From a virus (Duplodnaviria; Heunggongvirae; Uroviricota; Caudoviricetes), in the IMG/VR virus record IMGVR_UViG_2703718854_000004: 19,005 nucleotides of DNA. One strand, 5' to 3'. The notes under the pieces are model-generated. The model worked only from the letters and a program-made list of their open reading frames with translations, was not told the DNA's origin and searched no databases. Each line of letters opens with the position of its first letter. The first letter of the stretch is position 1. Shown here piece by piece: positions 8,410-17,907 of the stretch. Made by a program: the position numbers and the translations under genes.

Positions 8410-9309
8410 ATGACAAATACAGCAAAAATACTCAACTTCTGCAGAGGTAACTTTGCCAAACAGGAGCGTAATGTGGCAGATCTCGATGATGGTTACGCCA
8501 GACTATCAAATATGCTGCTTGAGGCTTATTCAGGCGCAGATCTGACCAAGCGACAGTTTAAAGTGCTGCTTGCCATTCTGCGTAAAACCTATGGGTGGAA
8601 TAAACCAATGGACAGAATCACCGATTCTCAACTTAGCGAGATTACAAAGTTACCCGTCAAACGGTGCAATGAAGCCAAGTTAGAACTCGTCAGAATGAAT
8701 ATTATCAAGCAGCAATGCGGCATGTTTGGACCAAATAAAAACATCTCAGAATGGTGCATCCCTCAAAACGAGGGAAAATCCCTTAAAACGAGGGATAAAA
8801 CATCCCTCAAATTGGGGGATTGCTATCCCTCAAAACAGGGGGACACAAAAGACACTATTACAAAAGAAAAAAGAAAAGATTATTCGTCAGAGAATTCTGG
8901 CGAATCCTCTGACCAGCCAGAAAACGACCTTTCTGTGGTGAAACCGGATGCTGCAATTCAGAGCGGCAGCAAGTGGGGGACAGCAGAAGACCTGACCGCC
9001 GCAGAGTGGATGTTTGACATGGTGAAGACTATCGCACCATCAGCCAGAAAACCGAATTTTGCTGGGTGGGCTAACGATATCCGCCTGATGCGTGAACGTG
9101 ACGGACGTAACCACCGCGACATGTGCGTGCTGTTCCGCTGGGCATGTCAGGACAACTTCTGGTCCGGTAACGTGCTGAGCCCGGCCAAACTCCGCGATAA
9201 GTGGACCCAACTCGAAATCAACCGTAACAAGCAACAGGCAGGCGTGATAGCCAGCAAACCAAAACTCGACCTGACAAACACAGACTGGATTTACGGGGTG
9301 GATCTATGA
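8410..9309 (+). CDS. O: Replication initiator O (299 aa)
   Basis: Translation matches remembered lambda O; contains the ori iterons. Confidence 0.95.
   Translation: MTNTAKILNFCRGNFAKQERNVADLDDGYARLSNMLLEAYSGADLTKRQFKVLLAILRKTYGWNKPMDRITDSQLSEITKLPVKRCNEAKLELVRMNIIKQQCGMFGPNKNISEWCIPQNEGKSLKTRDKTSLKLGDCYPSKQGDTKDTITKEKRKDYSSENSGESSDQPENDLSVVKPDAAIQSGSKWGTAEDLTAAEWMFDMVKTIAPSARKPNFAGWANDIRLMRERDGRNHRDMCVLFRWACQDNFWSGNVLSPAKLRDKWTQLEINRNKQQAGVIASKPKLDLTNTDWIYGVDL
8757..8890 (+). repeat. ori-lambda: four ~19-bp iterons (ATCCCTCAAAACGAGGGA-type) plus adjacent AT-rich unwinding region
   Basis: Four tandem inverted-symmetry repeats visible at about 8757-8843, followed by A-rich tract AAAAGAAAAAAGAAAAGATTATT. 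Confidence 0.85.
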
Positions 9310-10007
9310 AAAACATCGCCGCACAGATGGTTAACTTTGACCGTGAGCAGATGCGTCGGATCGCCAACAACATGCCGGAACAGTACGACGAAAAGCCGCA
9401 GGTACAACAGGTAGCGCAGATCATCAATGGTGTGTTCAGCCAGTTACTGGCAACTTTCCCGGCGAGCCTGGCTAACCGGGACCAGAACGAACTGAACGAA
9501 ATCCGCCGCCAGTGGGTGCTGGCTTTCCGGGAAAACGGGATCACCACAATGGAACAGGTTAACGCAGGAATGCGCGTAGCCCGTCGGCAGAATCGACCAT
9601 TTCTGCCATCACCCGGGCAGTTTGTTGCATGGTGCCGGGAAGAAGCATCCGTTATCGCCGGACTGCCAAACGTCAGCGAGCTGGTTGATATGGTTTACGA
9701 GTATTGCCGGAAGCGAGGCCTGTATCCGGATGCGGAGTCTTATCCGTGGAAATCAAACGCGCACTACTGGCTGGTTACCAACCTGTATCAGAACATGCGG
9801 GCCAATGCGCTTACTGATGCGGAATTACGCCGTAAGGCCGCAGATGAGCTTGTCCATATGACTGCGAGAATTAACCGTGGTGAGGCGATCCCTGAACCAG
9901 TAAAACAACTTCCTGTCATGGGCGGTAGACCTCTAAATCGTGCACAGGCTCTGGCGAAGATCGCAGAAATCAAAGCTAAGTTCGGACTGAAAGGAGCAAG
10001 TGTATGA
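9306..10007 (+). CDS. P: Replication protein P, DnaB helicase loader (233 aa)
   Basis: Translation matches remembered lambda P; ATGA overlap with O stop. Confidence 0.95.
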   Translation: MKNIAAQMVNFDREQMRRIANNMPEQYDEKPQVQQVAQIINGVFSQLLATFPASLANRDQNELNEIRRQWVLAFRENGITTMEQVNAGMRVARRQNRPFLPSPGQFVAWCREEASVIAGLPNVSELVDMVYEYCRKRGLYPDAESYPWKSNAHYWLVTNLYQNMRANALTDAELRRKAADELVHMTARINRGEAIPEPVKQLPVMGGRPLNRAQALAKIAEIKAKFGLKGASV

Positions 10008-10294
10008 CGGGCAAAGAGGCAATTATTCATTACCTGGGGACGCATAATAGCTTCTGTGCGCCGGACGTTGCCGCGCTAACAGGCGCAACAGTAACCAGCA
10101 TAAATCAGGCCGCGGCTAAAATGGCACGGGCAGGTCTTCTGGTTATCGAAGGTAAGGTCTGGCGAACGGTGTATTACCGGTTTGCTACCAGGGAAGAACG
10201 GGAAGGAAAGATGAGCACGAACCTGATTTTTAAGGAGTGTCGCCAGAGTGCCGCGATGAAACGGGTATTGGCGGTATATGGAGTTAAAAGATGA
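10004..10294 (+). CDS. ren: Ren protein (96 aa)
   Basis: Position and size as lambda ren; ATGA overlap with P stop. Confidence 0.8.
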   Translation: MTGKEAIIHYLGTHNSFCAPDVAALTGATVTSINQAAAKMARAGLLVIEGKVWRTVYYRFATREEREGKMSTNLIFKECRQSAAMKRVLAVYGVKR

Positions 10295-10318
10295 CCATCT
10301 ACATTACTGAGCTAATAA

Positions 10319-10351
10319 CAGGCCTGCTGGTAATCGCAGGCCTTTTTATTT
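10319..10351 (+). terminator. Intrinsic terminator tR2 between ren and ninB
   Basis: Hairpin CAGGCCTGC...GCAGGCC followed by TTTTTATTT. Confidence 0.7.
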
Positions 10352-10367
10352 GGGGGAGAGGGAAGTC

Positions 10368-10808
10368 ATGAAAAAACTAACCTTTGAAATTCGATCTCCA
10401 GCACATCAGCAAAACGCTATTCACGCAGTACAGCAAATCCTTCCAGACCCAACCAAACCAATCGTAGTAACCATTCAGGAACGCAACCGCAGCTTAGACC
10501 AAAACAGGAAGCTATGGGCCTGCTTAGGTGACGTCTCTCGTCAGGTTGAATGGCATGGTCGCTGGCTGGATGCAGAAAGCTGGAAGTGTGTGTTTACCGC
10601 AGCATTAAAGCAGCAGGATGTTGTTCCTAACCTTGCCGGGAATGGCTTTGTGGTAATAGGCCAGTCAACCAGCAGGATGCGTGTAAGCGAATTTGCGGAG
10701 CTATTAGAGCTTATACAGGCATTCGGTACAGAGCGTGGCGTTAAGTGGTCAGACGAAGCGCGACTGGCTCTGGAGTGGAAAGCGAGATGGGGAGATCGGG
10801 CTGCATGA
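10368..10808 (+). CDS. ninB: NinB recombination protein (146 aa)
   Basis: ATG at 10368 with RBS GGGAGAGGGAAG; translation MKKLTFEIRSPAHQQNAIHAVQQILPDPTKP... matches remembered lambda NinB. Confidence 0.9.
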   Translation: MKKLTFEIRSPAHQQNAIHAVQQILPDPTKPIVVTIQERNRSLDQNRKLWACLGDVSRQVEWHGRWLDAESWKCVFTAALKQQDVVPNLAGNGFVVIGQSTSRMRVSEFAELLELIQAFGTERGVKWSDEARLALEWKARWGDRAA

Positions 10809-11332
10809 CTATCAAATCAAATACGCCAGCACACGACAAGGACTGCTGGCAAACGCCGCTTTGGCTTTTTGATGCACTGGATATTGAGTTTGGATTCTGG
10901 CTGGATTCGGCAGCGAGCGACAAAAATGCTCTGTGTGCTCACTGGCTAACTGAGGCCGACGACGCGCTCAATTCTGAGCGGGTAAGCCACGGTGCAATCT
11001 GGAATAACCCACCGTACAGCAATATCAGGCCGTGGGTGGAAAAAGCCGCTGAGCAGTGCATACAACAGCGACAGACGGTAGTTATGCTTGTGCCAGAGGA
11101 TATGTCAGTCGGATGGTTCAGCAAGGCTCTGGAGAGTGTCGACGAAGTTCGCATTATCACTGATGGACGGATTAATTTTATCGAACCATCGACAGGGCTG
11201 GAGAAGAAGGGAAACAGCAAAGGCTCCATGCTGCTGATTTGGCGACCGTTCATCAGTCCTCGACGGATGTTTACTACCGTATCCAAAGCGGCATTGATGG
11301 CGATCGGGCAGGGCGTCAGGAGGGCGGCATGA
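10805..11332 (+). CDS. Phage-type DNA N6-adenine methyltransferase, Dam family (175 aa), orphan (no cognate nuclease seen)
   Basis: ATGA overlap with ninB stop; conserved CWQTP N-terminal motif and NPPY catalytic motif (WNNPPYS). Confidence 0.8.
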   Translation: MTIKSNTPAHDKDCWQTPLWLFDALDIEFGFWLDSAASDKNALCAHWLTEADDALNSERVSHGAIWNNPPYSNIRPWVEKAAEQCIQQRQTVVMLVPEDMSVGWFSKALESVDEVRIITDGRINFIEPSTGLEKKGNSKGSMLLIWRPFISPRRMFTTVSKAALMAIGQGVRRAA

Positions 11333-11505
11333 GGCGACAGCGACGAAGTTTCACCGACATCATCTGCGAAAACTGCAAATACCTTCCAACGAAACGCTCC
11401 AGAAATAAACGCAAGCCAATCCCAAAAGAATCTGACGTAAAAACCTTCAATTACACAGCTCACCTGTGGGATATCCGGTGGCTAAGATATCGTGCGAGGA
11501 AATGA
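11329..11505 (+). CDS. ninE: NinE family protein (58 aa)
   Basis: ATGA overlap with methyltransferase stop; translation [58 protein letters not shown] resembles remembered NinE. Confidence 0.75.
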   Translation: MRRQRRSFTDIICENCKYLPTKRSRNKRKPIPKESDVKTFNYTAHLWDIRWLRYRARK

Positions 11506-11507
11506 CA

Positions 11508-11849
11508 ATGGATTATTCACAGTTAAGTGATTTTGAAATTAACAGAATGGTAGGAGACATAATTTTTAAAGGCCTTTGGGCAAGTAAACCGGAAACATCA
11601 GGGAATAACACCAACAAATGGTATTACGGAAATGCTGATACAACTTTTGAGCCATTAAATCATTTGCCTGACTACTGCAATGATCCGAGCGCTTCATGGC
11701 CGATTATTGAGAAATACAGGATTTCTATCTTAGACCAGTTAACTGAATGGTGTGTGGATGCAAAAGGCGTAAGCCCAATATTTGATGCCAGACCTCTCCG
11801 CGCCGCCATGATTGTCTTTCTCCTGATGCAGGAGGCCAATAATGCTTAG
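11508..11849 (+). CDS. Hypothetical nin-region protein (113 aa)
   Basis: RBS GAGGAA 8 nt upstream of ATG 11508; no domain recognised. Confidence 0.6.
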   Translation: MDYSQLSDFEINRMVGDIIFKGLWASKPETSGNNTNKWYYGNADTTFEPLNHLPDYCNDPSASWPIIEKYRISILDQLTEWCVDAKGVSPIFDARPLRAAMIVFLLMQEANNA

Positions 11850-12059
11850 CCCATCTCAATCCCTTCAATACCTGAAAGGAAGCATAGAGCGGGCTTCAAT
11901 GTGCACAGAGTGGATTCTATCTAGGTTTAGCGCATACAGAAGATTGCCGGTAAAGGGCATGCCAAGCAAGTCGATGCTGCATATGCAAAAGAATGCGCGC
12001 TGGAAGGTATGGCGAGAACACAGGTTATGTGGCTGAAAGAGGGGGGTATTAAGGCGTGA
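11842..12059 (+). pseudogene. Frame-broken small gene upstream of rusA; C-terminal frame resembles YbcO/DUF1364 C-terminus
   Basis: Start at 11842 is coupled to the upstream stop but that frame ends at 12036; a different frame (open from 11931) ends in a GTGA overlap with the rusA start and reads ...[25 protein letters not shown]. Confidence 0.45.
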
Positions 12060-12418
12060 ATACCTACAGCATCACATTACCCTGGCCTCCGAGCAATAAT
12101 CGCTATTACCGCCATAATCGCGGGCGCACGCACGTTAGCGCAGAGGGGCAGGCATACCGCGATAACGTCGCCCGAATCATTAAAAACGCAATGCTGGATA
12201 TCGGCCTGGCTATGCCTGTGAAAATCCGTATTGAGTGCCACATGCCGGATCGCCGTCGCCGTGACCTGGATAATCTACAAAAAGCCTCTTTTGACGCACT
12301 CACCAAAGCAGGTTTCTGGCTGGATGATGCTCAGGTCGTTGATTACCGCGTTGTGAAGATGCCGGTTGTCAAAGGTGGAAAGCTGGAACTGACCATCACT
12401 GAACTGGGAGATGAATGA
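12056..12418 (+). CDS. rusA: RusA Holliday-junction resolvase (120 aa), GTG start
   Basis: Translation [48 protein letters not shown]... matches remembered E. coli DLP12 RusA. Confidence 0.93.
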   Translation: MNTYSITLPWPPSNNRYYRHNRGRTHVSAEGQAYRDNVARIIKNAMLDIGLAMPVKIRIECHMPDRRRRDLDNLQKASFDALTKAGFWLDDAQVVDYRVVKMPVVKGGKLELTITELGDE

Positions 12419-12556
12419 TGTTTGAGTTTTATATGGCAGAACTTCTTCGCCACCGCTGGATGCGCCTGCGCTTATATCGTTTCCCCAGTTCTGTTTTGAC
12501 CGATTACCGAATACTGAGGAATTACGCCAAAACCCTGACAGGAGCAGGAGTATGAA
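12419..12556 (+). CDS. ylcG: YlcG-like small protein (45 aa)
   Basis: Hand translation [45 protein letters not shown]; starts immediately after rusA stop; resembles DLP12 YlcG. Confidence 0.65.
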
Positions 12557-12640
12557 GTCAGAGATAACAATCAACTAATACTGTTTTGTTGATTTTTGCT
12601 TGTAATTGGCGTTCTGGTCTGATTTTTGTGGAGTAAGTTG

Positions 12641-13024
12641 ATGCGTGATATTCAGATGGTTCTTGAGCGTTGGGGAGCGTGGGCGGCTAATAATCATGAA
12701 GATGTGACCTGGTCGTCCATTGCCGCCGGTTTTAAGGGATTAATTCCTTCAAAAGTAAAATCTCGCCCGCAATGTTGTGACGATGACGCTATGATCATTT
12801 GCGGGTGCATGGCCCGTCTGAAAAAGAACAACAGCGATTTGCACGATTTATTAGTAGATTATTATGTAGTCGGTATGACATTCATGTCACTGGCAGGTAA
12901 GCATTGCTGCTCTGATGGTTATATCGGGAAAAGGTTACAAAAGGCTGAGGGCATAATTGAAGGGATGTTAATGGCATTAGATATCCGGTTAGAGATGGAT
13001 ATCGTTGTTAATAACTCTAATTAA
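12641..13024 (+). CDS. Q: Late-gene antiterminator Q, phage 21/DLP12 QuuD type (127 aa)
   Basis: ATG 12641 with RBS GGAGTAAG; translation [36 protein letters not shown]... resembles remembered QuuD; Cys-rich zinc-binding region. Confidence 0.85.
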   Translation: MRDIQMVLERWGAWAANNHEDVTWSSIAAGFKGLIPSKVKSRPQCCDDDAMIICGCMARLKKNNSDLHDLLVDYYVVGMTFMSLAGKHCCSDGYIGKRLQKAEGIIEGMLMALDIRLEMDIVVNNSN

Positions 13025-13040
13025 TACGCCAATTATTTAC

Positions 13041-13075
13041 TAAAAGTTATTAAAAATGGGGCGTTGAAACGCCCC
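13041..13075 (-). terminator. Intrinsic terminator for the leftward porin transcript
   Basis: GC hairpin GGGGCG-loop-CGCCCC followed on the minus strand by AUUUUUAAUAACUUUU. Confidence 0.5.
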
Positions 13076-13165
13076 CAAAAATAAAGGGTAATATATAACA
13101 GAAGGTTTATATAGTTAGAAGCAAGGTTGTGCTTCTAAAGGAAGTGGCTTGAGGGAGCCACTTAT

Positions 13166-13203
13166 ATGTTGGGGAGGCAAAGCCTCCCACAACATATCTT
13201 TTA
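13166..13203 (+). terminator. Candidate tR' (end of the short pR' transcript downstream of Q)
   Basis: Hairpin TGTTGGGGAGGC-AAA-GCCTCCCACAACA followed by TATCTTTT; pR' and qut not pinpointed. Confidence 0.45.
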
Positions 13204-13212
13204 GTAATCAAA

Positions 13213-14295
13213 TTAGAACTGGTAAACCATACCTACAGCAACGATATCATCGGTAGCAACGCCAGATGCTTTCGTGAAATCGCTCTTATCAATCAGGTTG
13301 ATTTTGTAGTCAACAAAAGTGGACATATTTTTGTTGAAGTAATAGGTTGCACCTACATCAACATATTCAACCAGGTCCTGATCACCCCAAACACCCAAGT
13401 CTTTTCCTTTAGAATGCAGGTAAGCAACGGATGGACGCAGGCCGAAGTCGAACTGATATTGTGCAACAGCTTCGAAGTTTTGTGCTTTGTTGGCAATATG
13501 GTTATTACCAAAAACAGTCATGTTCTGGGTTTCAGAATAGGTGGTGGCCAGATAGATGTTGTTCGCATCATATTTCAGACCAGCTGCCCATACTTCAGCA
13601 TTTTGACCAGAAGCATTCAGACCGTTGTTACCGTAGATAACCTGATTATTAGTGCGATCAGATTTAGCATAGGTTGCACCCACGCCGAATCCTTCATACT
13701 CATAAGTAGTTGAGAAACCGAAACCATCGCCATTAGCTTCAGTTACTTCATTTCGGTCATTTTTGCCCTGATACTGAGCTGCAAAGTTCAGGCCATCAAC
13801 CAGACCAAAGAAGTCGTTGTTACGATAAGTTGCAACACCTGTGGTGCGACCAGTCATGAATACATCTGTTTGGGTCCAGGTATCGCCACCGAATTCTGGC
13901 AGAACGTCGGTCCATGCACCGATGTCGTATGCTACACCGTAGTTACGGCCGTAATCGATGGAGCCGTAGTCACCGAATTTCAGGCCAGCGAAGGCAAGAC
14001 GGGTTTTATCTTTGGAGGAACCTTGAGATTCAGCGCGGTTGCCTTTGAATTCATATTCCCACTGACCGAAACCAGTCAGTTGATCGTTGATTTGGGTTTC
14101 ACCTTTGAAGCCAAGACGGGCATAAGTAGTATCACCATCATCTGCATCATTAGAGGAGAAGTAGTGCTTAGCATTAACTTTCCCGTACAGATCCAGCTTG
14201 TTACTGTCTTTATTATAAATTTCAGCTGCCTGAGCAGACATCGCCATCAGTACTGATGCAGCTACAGCAGAAATTGCCACTGTTAATTTTTTCAT
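13213..14295 (-). CDS. nmpC: Outer-membrane general porin, OmpC/OmpF superfamily, phage-borne NmpC/Lc type (360 aa precursor)
   Basis: Start MKKLTV... with signal peptide ending AQA; C-terminal VGMVYQF beta-barrel signature; ORF-track start at 14355 is an upstream extension; sits antisense between Q and holin as in DLP12/PA-2. Confidence 0.85.
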   Translation of the reverse strand: MKKLTVAISAVAASVLMAMSAQAAEIYNKDSNKLDLYGKVNAKHYFSSNDADDGDTTYARLGFKGETQINDQLTGFGQWEYEFKGNRAESQGSSKDKTRLAFAGLKFGDYGSIDYGRNYGVAYDIGAWTDVLPEFGGDTWTQTDVFMTGRTTGVATYRNNDFFGLVDGLNFAAQYQGKNDRNEVTEANGDGFGFSTTYEYEGFGVGATYAKSDRTNNQVIYGNNGLNASGQNAEVWAAGLKYDANNIYLATTYSETQNMTVFGNNHIANKAQNFEAVAQYQFDFGLRPSVAYLHSKGKDLGVWGDQDLVEYVDVGATYYFNKNMSTFVDYKINLIDKSDFTKASGVATDDIVAVGMVYQF

Positions 14296-14723
14296 CGTGA
14301 GCCCTTTTTTTGAACTATTATTAAAAAATGATGTCACTGCGCGATAAATATTCATCTAATCAATGTGATTATTTCAAGATGTAAGTTTTGGTTTCTCGTT
14401 TGATTTGTGAAGTAGATCTCTATTTTTATCTGAACTTTTTTCTATCGAATCCTATTCATGGCTCTTGGCTGAATAAAAATAAATCTATTAGCCAATTTAT
14501 ATTAACGGCTGTTATTTATAAGTGCTCTATAATTTGAAGGTTCAATTTAAACCGGCTAAAAATAACACTGGAAATTATTTGTTGGTTATTTGTTGAGATT
14601 TGCTTATGTATTTGTAGTGGTGTTTTCAATACTCGGTAGCATTCTCGCAAATATCATTTAGTGGTTTACGTACGTAAAAAATTGGTTATGCTGTTAAGAG
14701 TGGTTACTTCGTCACACAGCTTA

Positions 14724-14757
14724 AACCCGCCGTCGAGCGGGTTTTTCCATTTTTTGA
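14724..14757 (+). terminator. Terminator-like hairpin upstream of the lysis cassette
   Basis: AAACCCGC-CGTCGA-GCGGGTTT followed by TTCCATTTTTT. Confidence 0.4.
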
Positions 14758-14867
14758 GTCTCGATATTAGCTGATAACCCAATACCTGAGTTATTCACTG
14801 ACTCCGAGTCTGTTACGTTTCGTAGTATTCCCTCAATTTACACCCGCTTTGTCTGCGAGGTGGGGTT

Positions 14868-15083
14868 ATGAAATCCATGGATAAGTTAACAACGGGTGTC
14901 GCCTATGGCACCTCAGCAGGTAGTGCCGGGTACTGGTTTTTACAGCTGCTAGATAAAGTCACGCCCTCACAGTGGGCGGCAATTGGAGTGCTGGGTAGCC
15001 TGGTATTTGGCCTGCTGACGTACCTGACAAACCTTTATTTCAAGATTAAAGAAGATAAGCGCAAGGCTGCGAGAGGTGGATAA
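14868..15083 (+). CDS. S: Class II holin, phage-21 S21 pinholin type (71 aa), dual-start motif MKSM
   Basis: RBS GAGGTGGGG; two TM segments; Met1 and Met4 starts; resembles remembered S21/EssD. Confidence 0.88.
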
Positions 15084-15580
15084 TGCCTCCATCATTACGA
15101 AAAGCTGTTGCTGCTGCTATTGGTGGCGGGGCTATTGCTATAGCATCTGTGTTAATCACTGGCCCAAGTGGTAACGATGGTCTGGAAGGTGTGAGACATA
15201 ATCCTTACAAAGACATAGTTGGTGTATGGACTGTATGTTACGGGCATACAGGAAAAGACATCATTCCCGGTAAAACGTATACCGAAGCAGAGTGCAAAGC
15301 CCTCCTGAATAAAGACCTTGCCACTGTCGCCAGACAAATTAACCCGTACATCAAAGTCGATATACCGGAAACAACGCGCGGCGCTCTTTACTCGTTCGTC
15401 TACAACGTGGGTGCTGGAAATTTCAGAACATCGACGCTTCTTCGCAAAATAAACCAGGGCGATATCAAAGGCGCATGTGATCAGCTACGTCGCTGGACAT
15501 ACGCTGGCGGTAAGCAATGGAAAGGCCTGATGACTCGCCGTGAGATTGAGCTTGAAATCTGTTTGTGGGGGCAGAAATGA
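15083..15580 (+). CDS. R: SAR endolysin, phage-21 R21-type lysozyme (165 aa)
   Basis: N-terminal Gly/Ala-rich signal-anchor-release segment [20 protein letters not shown]; catalytic triad context GLEGV...D...T; start overlaps holin stop. Confidence 0.9.
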   Translation: MPPSLRKAVAAAIGGGAIAIASVLITGPSGNDGLEGVRHNPYKDIVGVWTVCYGHTGKDIIPGKTYTEAECKALLNKDLATVARQINPYIKVDIPETTRGALYSFVYNVGAGNFRTSTLLRKINQGDIKGACDQLRRWTYAGGKQWKGLMTRREIELEICLWGQK

Positions 15581-16044
15581 GCAGAGTAACCGCGATTATC
15601 TCCGCTCTGGTTATCTGCATCATCGTCAGCCTGTCATGGGCAGTCAATTATTACCGTGATAACGCCATTACCTACAAAGCCCAGCGCGACAAAAATGTCA
15701 GAGAACTGAAGCTGGCGAACGCGGCAATTACTGACATGCAGATGCGTCAGCGTGATGTTGCTGCGCTCGATGCAAAATACACGAAGGAGTTAGCTGATGC
15801 GAAAGCTGAAAATGATGCTCTTCTGCGGAAGCTTGATAATGGTGGCAGGGTGCTCGTCAAAGGAAAATGCCCTGTGCCATCCTCAGCCGAAACCTCCAGC
15901 GCCTCCGGCATGGGCAATGATGCCACCGTCGAACTTTCTCCAGTTGCTGGACGAAACGTTCTCGATATCCGGGACGGAATTATCCGCGACCAAACAGCAC
16001 TGAGAACGCTTCAGGAATACATTAGGACGCAATGCCTTCGATGA
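15577..16044 (+). CDS. Rz: Rz inner-membrane spanin (155 aa)
   Basis: ATGA overlap with endolysin stop; N-terminal TM segment then coiled-coil periplasmic domain. Confidence 0.85.
   Translation: MSRVTAIISALVICIIVSLSWAVNYYRDNAITYKAQRDKNVRELKLANAAITDMQMRQRDVAALDAKYTKELADAKAENDALLRKLDNGGRVLVKGKCPVPSSAETSSASGMGNDATVELSPVAGRNVLDIRDGIIRDQTALRTLQEYIRTQCLR
15797..16003 (+). CDS. Rz1: Rz1 outer-membrane lipoprotein spanin, embedded in +1 frame within Rz (68 aa precursor)
   Basis: Lipobox LIMVAGC followed by a proline-rich mature region [11 protein letters not shown]; fully nested in Rz. Confidence 0.8.
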   Translation: MRKLKMMLFCGSLIMVAGCSSKENALCHPQPKPPAPPAWAMMPPSNFLQLLDETFSISGTELSATKQH

Positions 16045-16386
16045 TAGCGATAATTTTACTCATCATCCTTCACATCTGGCTCTGTAGACAGGGTGGTGAT
16101 CACTTCTGGAGTAAATCCAGATTAAACATCTCATTGCTGATGCTTGATATTGAGCATCTGGCGCGCAGTAAGGGGCGGCGTTGAGATAAGAGCCAGTTCA
16201 TTACAAATACCAGGATTTAGCCTCGCATTCGCGGGGCTTTTTATATCTGAATTTCACAGCGCATCTCACGCGCATATTAACGAGAGCCTTTCAGTAAGCG
16301 AGCCTGAGAAATGCCGTTATAGGTGGCGACCTCTCTCGGGCGGCTTTTCTGTGAGACAGGCTCACTTTCTAAAAGGTAAAGACGCT

Positions 16387-16911
16387 ATGAATAATCATTC
16401 AGTTATTCCAGCCTTCGACTTCCGAGAAATGGTGCAAGCCAAAAACGGAGAGGTCGTTACCACATCCAGAAAAATTGCCAAGTACTTCGGCAAGCGACAC
16501 GGTGATGTTCTCAGGAAAATCGAGCAGGTTAAGGCTGATTGCTCGCGTGAGTTTAGCCAACGCAATTTTGCGTCGGCTGATTATATCGATGAGCAGGGCA
16601 AGGTTCGCCCGATGTACAGCCTGACGAAAGATGGCTGGATCATGGTTGTGATGGGGTTCACCGGGAAAGCTGCTGCGGCAATCAAGGAGAGCTATATCGC
16701 AGCATTCAACTGGATGGCAGAGCAACTGAGCCGCCGCATGGCAATTGGCGAAGAAATGCAGCACCGCTACGCCATCAAAGAAACACGCTCAAAGCTGAAA
16801 GGTACGATCGGCAGTCGGTTAATGAACGAACGGAAGAAAGAGAAGCGTGTCCTGGCTGTCGAGCATGAATACATCTTGCAGGTGACACAGCCTGAACTGC
16901 TGATTAATTGA
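16387..16911 (+). CDS. rha: Rha-family phage regulatory protein (about 174 aa)
   Basis: Sequence MNNHSVIPAFDFREMVQ...TSRKIAKYFGKRHGDVLRKIEQ... is typical of the Rha N-terminal domain; the 255-aa ORF-track version begins in apparently non-coding hairpin-rich sequence. Confidence 0.7.
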   Translation: MNNHSVIPAFDFREMVQAKNGEVVTTSRKIAKYFGKRHGDVLRKIEQVKADCSREFSQRNFASADYIDEQGKVRPMYSLTKDGWIMVVMGFTGKAAAAIKESYIAAFNWMAEQLSRRMAIGEEMQHRYAIKETRSKLKGTIGSRLMNERKKEKRVLAVEHEYILQVTQPELLIN

Positions 16912-17211
16912 AGATGTCATTACAAAGCCTATCTACGGGGGGGCTTGATAATGGCTTATACCCTGCACGGGATAACTTAACTGATATCCCTTTTAACGGA
17001 TAAAGGTATTCAAGCCTGACACATCATGCGCTGTATCGTCGCCGTATTCCCGCATTAACCATGACCGTAGCCCGACGGGGAATTCCTTCTGCGTGAGTGT
17101 GCGGGAATAATCAAAAACGATGCACACCGGGTTTTACTGTGCTGACAGACGCAGGGTTACCCTCATAGTCGCTTTTCCGGTGCGATGGTGGAAGAAACCG
17201 GACGTTATGGT

Positions 17212-17745
17212 TTAGTGTGGAAACATTTGTGATGTGCTCTGTATGTTTTCAGTAAAGAGTAATGAATTATCAAAGGTATAGTAATATCTTTTTTGTTCGT
17301 GGATATTTGTAACCCACCGAAAAACTCCTGCTTTAGCAAGATTTTCCCTGTATTGCTGAAATGTGATTTCTCTTGATTTCAACCTATCATAGGACGTTTC
17401 TATAAGATGTGTATTTCTTGAGAATTTAACATTTACAACCTTTTTAAGTCCTTTTATTAACACAGTGTTATCGTTTTCTAACACAATGTGAATATTATCT
17501 GTGGCTAGATAGTAAATATAATGTGAGACATTGTGACGTTTTAGTTCAGAATAAAATAATTCACAGTTTAAATCTTTTCGCACTTGATCGAATATTTCTT
17601 TAAAAATGGCAACCTGAGCCATTGGTAAAACCTTCCATGTGATACGAGGGCGCGTAGTTTGCATTATCGTTTTTATCGTTTCAATCTGGTCTGACCTCTT
17701 TGTGTTTTGTTGATGATTTATGTCAAATATTAGGAATGTTTTCAA
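17212..17745 (-). CDS. Hypothetical AT-rich protein (177 aa), at the position of the lambda right-end ORF lambdap78
   Basis: Long clean ORF with visibly low GC compared with its neighbours; no domain recognised; same size as the lambda right-end ORF. Confidence 0.65.
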   Translation of the reverse strand: MKTFLIFDINHQQNTKRSDQIETIKTIMQTTRPRITWKVLPMAQVAIFKEIFDQVRKDLNCELFYSELKRHNVSHYIYYLATDNIHIVLENDNTVLIKGLKKVVNVKFSRNTHLIETSYDRLKSREITFQQYRENLAKAGVFRWVTNIHEQKRYYYTFDNSLLFTENIQSTSQMFPH

Positions 17746-17907
17746 TTAATAGTATTGGTTGCGTAACAAAGTGCGGTCCTGCTGGCATTCTGGAGGGAAA
17801 TACAACCGACAGATGTATGTAAGGCCAACGTGCTCAAATCTTCATACAGAAAGATTTGAAGTAATATTTTAACCGCTAGATGAAGAGCAAGCGCATGGAG
17901 CGACAAA

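Noticed and set aside
8726-8941. 71-aa alternate-frame ORF over the ori iterons
   Set aside because: Lies in a different frame of gene O across the iteron repeats; a repeat-driven artefact
9218-10045. Minus-strand and alternate-frame ORFs inside O/P/ren (109, 79, 85 aa)
   Set aside because: Nested opposite strongly supported replication genes; no independent signals
13414-14256. Plus-strand ORFs inside the porin gene (99, 69, 128 aa)
   Set aside because: Shadow ORFs of the porin coding region
14296-14355. Upstream extension of the porin ORF (380-aa version)
   Set aside because: The signal peptide clearly begins at MKKLTV (14295); the extension has no signal-peptide logic
14296-14867. Possible tRNA genes between porin and holin (present in some lambdoid phages such as 933W)
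   Set aside because: No tRNA-like T-arm (GGTTCGAATCC-type) or cloverleaf-compatible sequence seen by eye; not verified with a tRNA scanner
16144-16386. N-terminal extension of the Rha ORF (255-aa version)
   Set aside because: The extension begins at a non-ATG codon and runs through hairpin-rich, low-complexity sequence; the conserved Rha domain starts at MNNHSV (16387)
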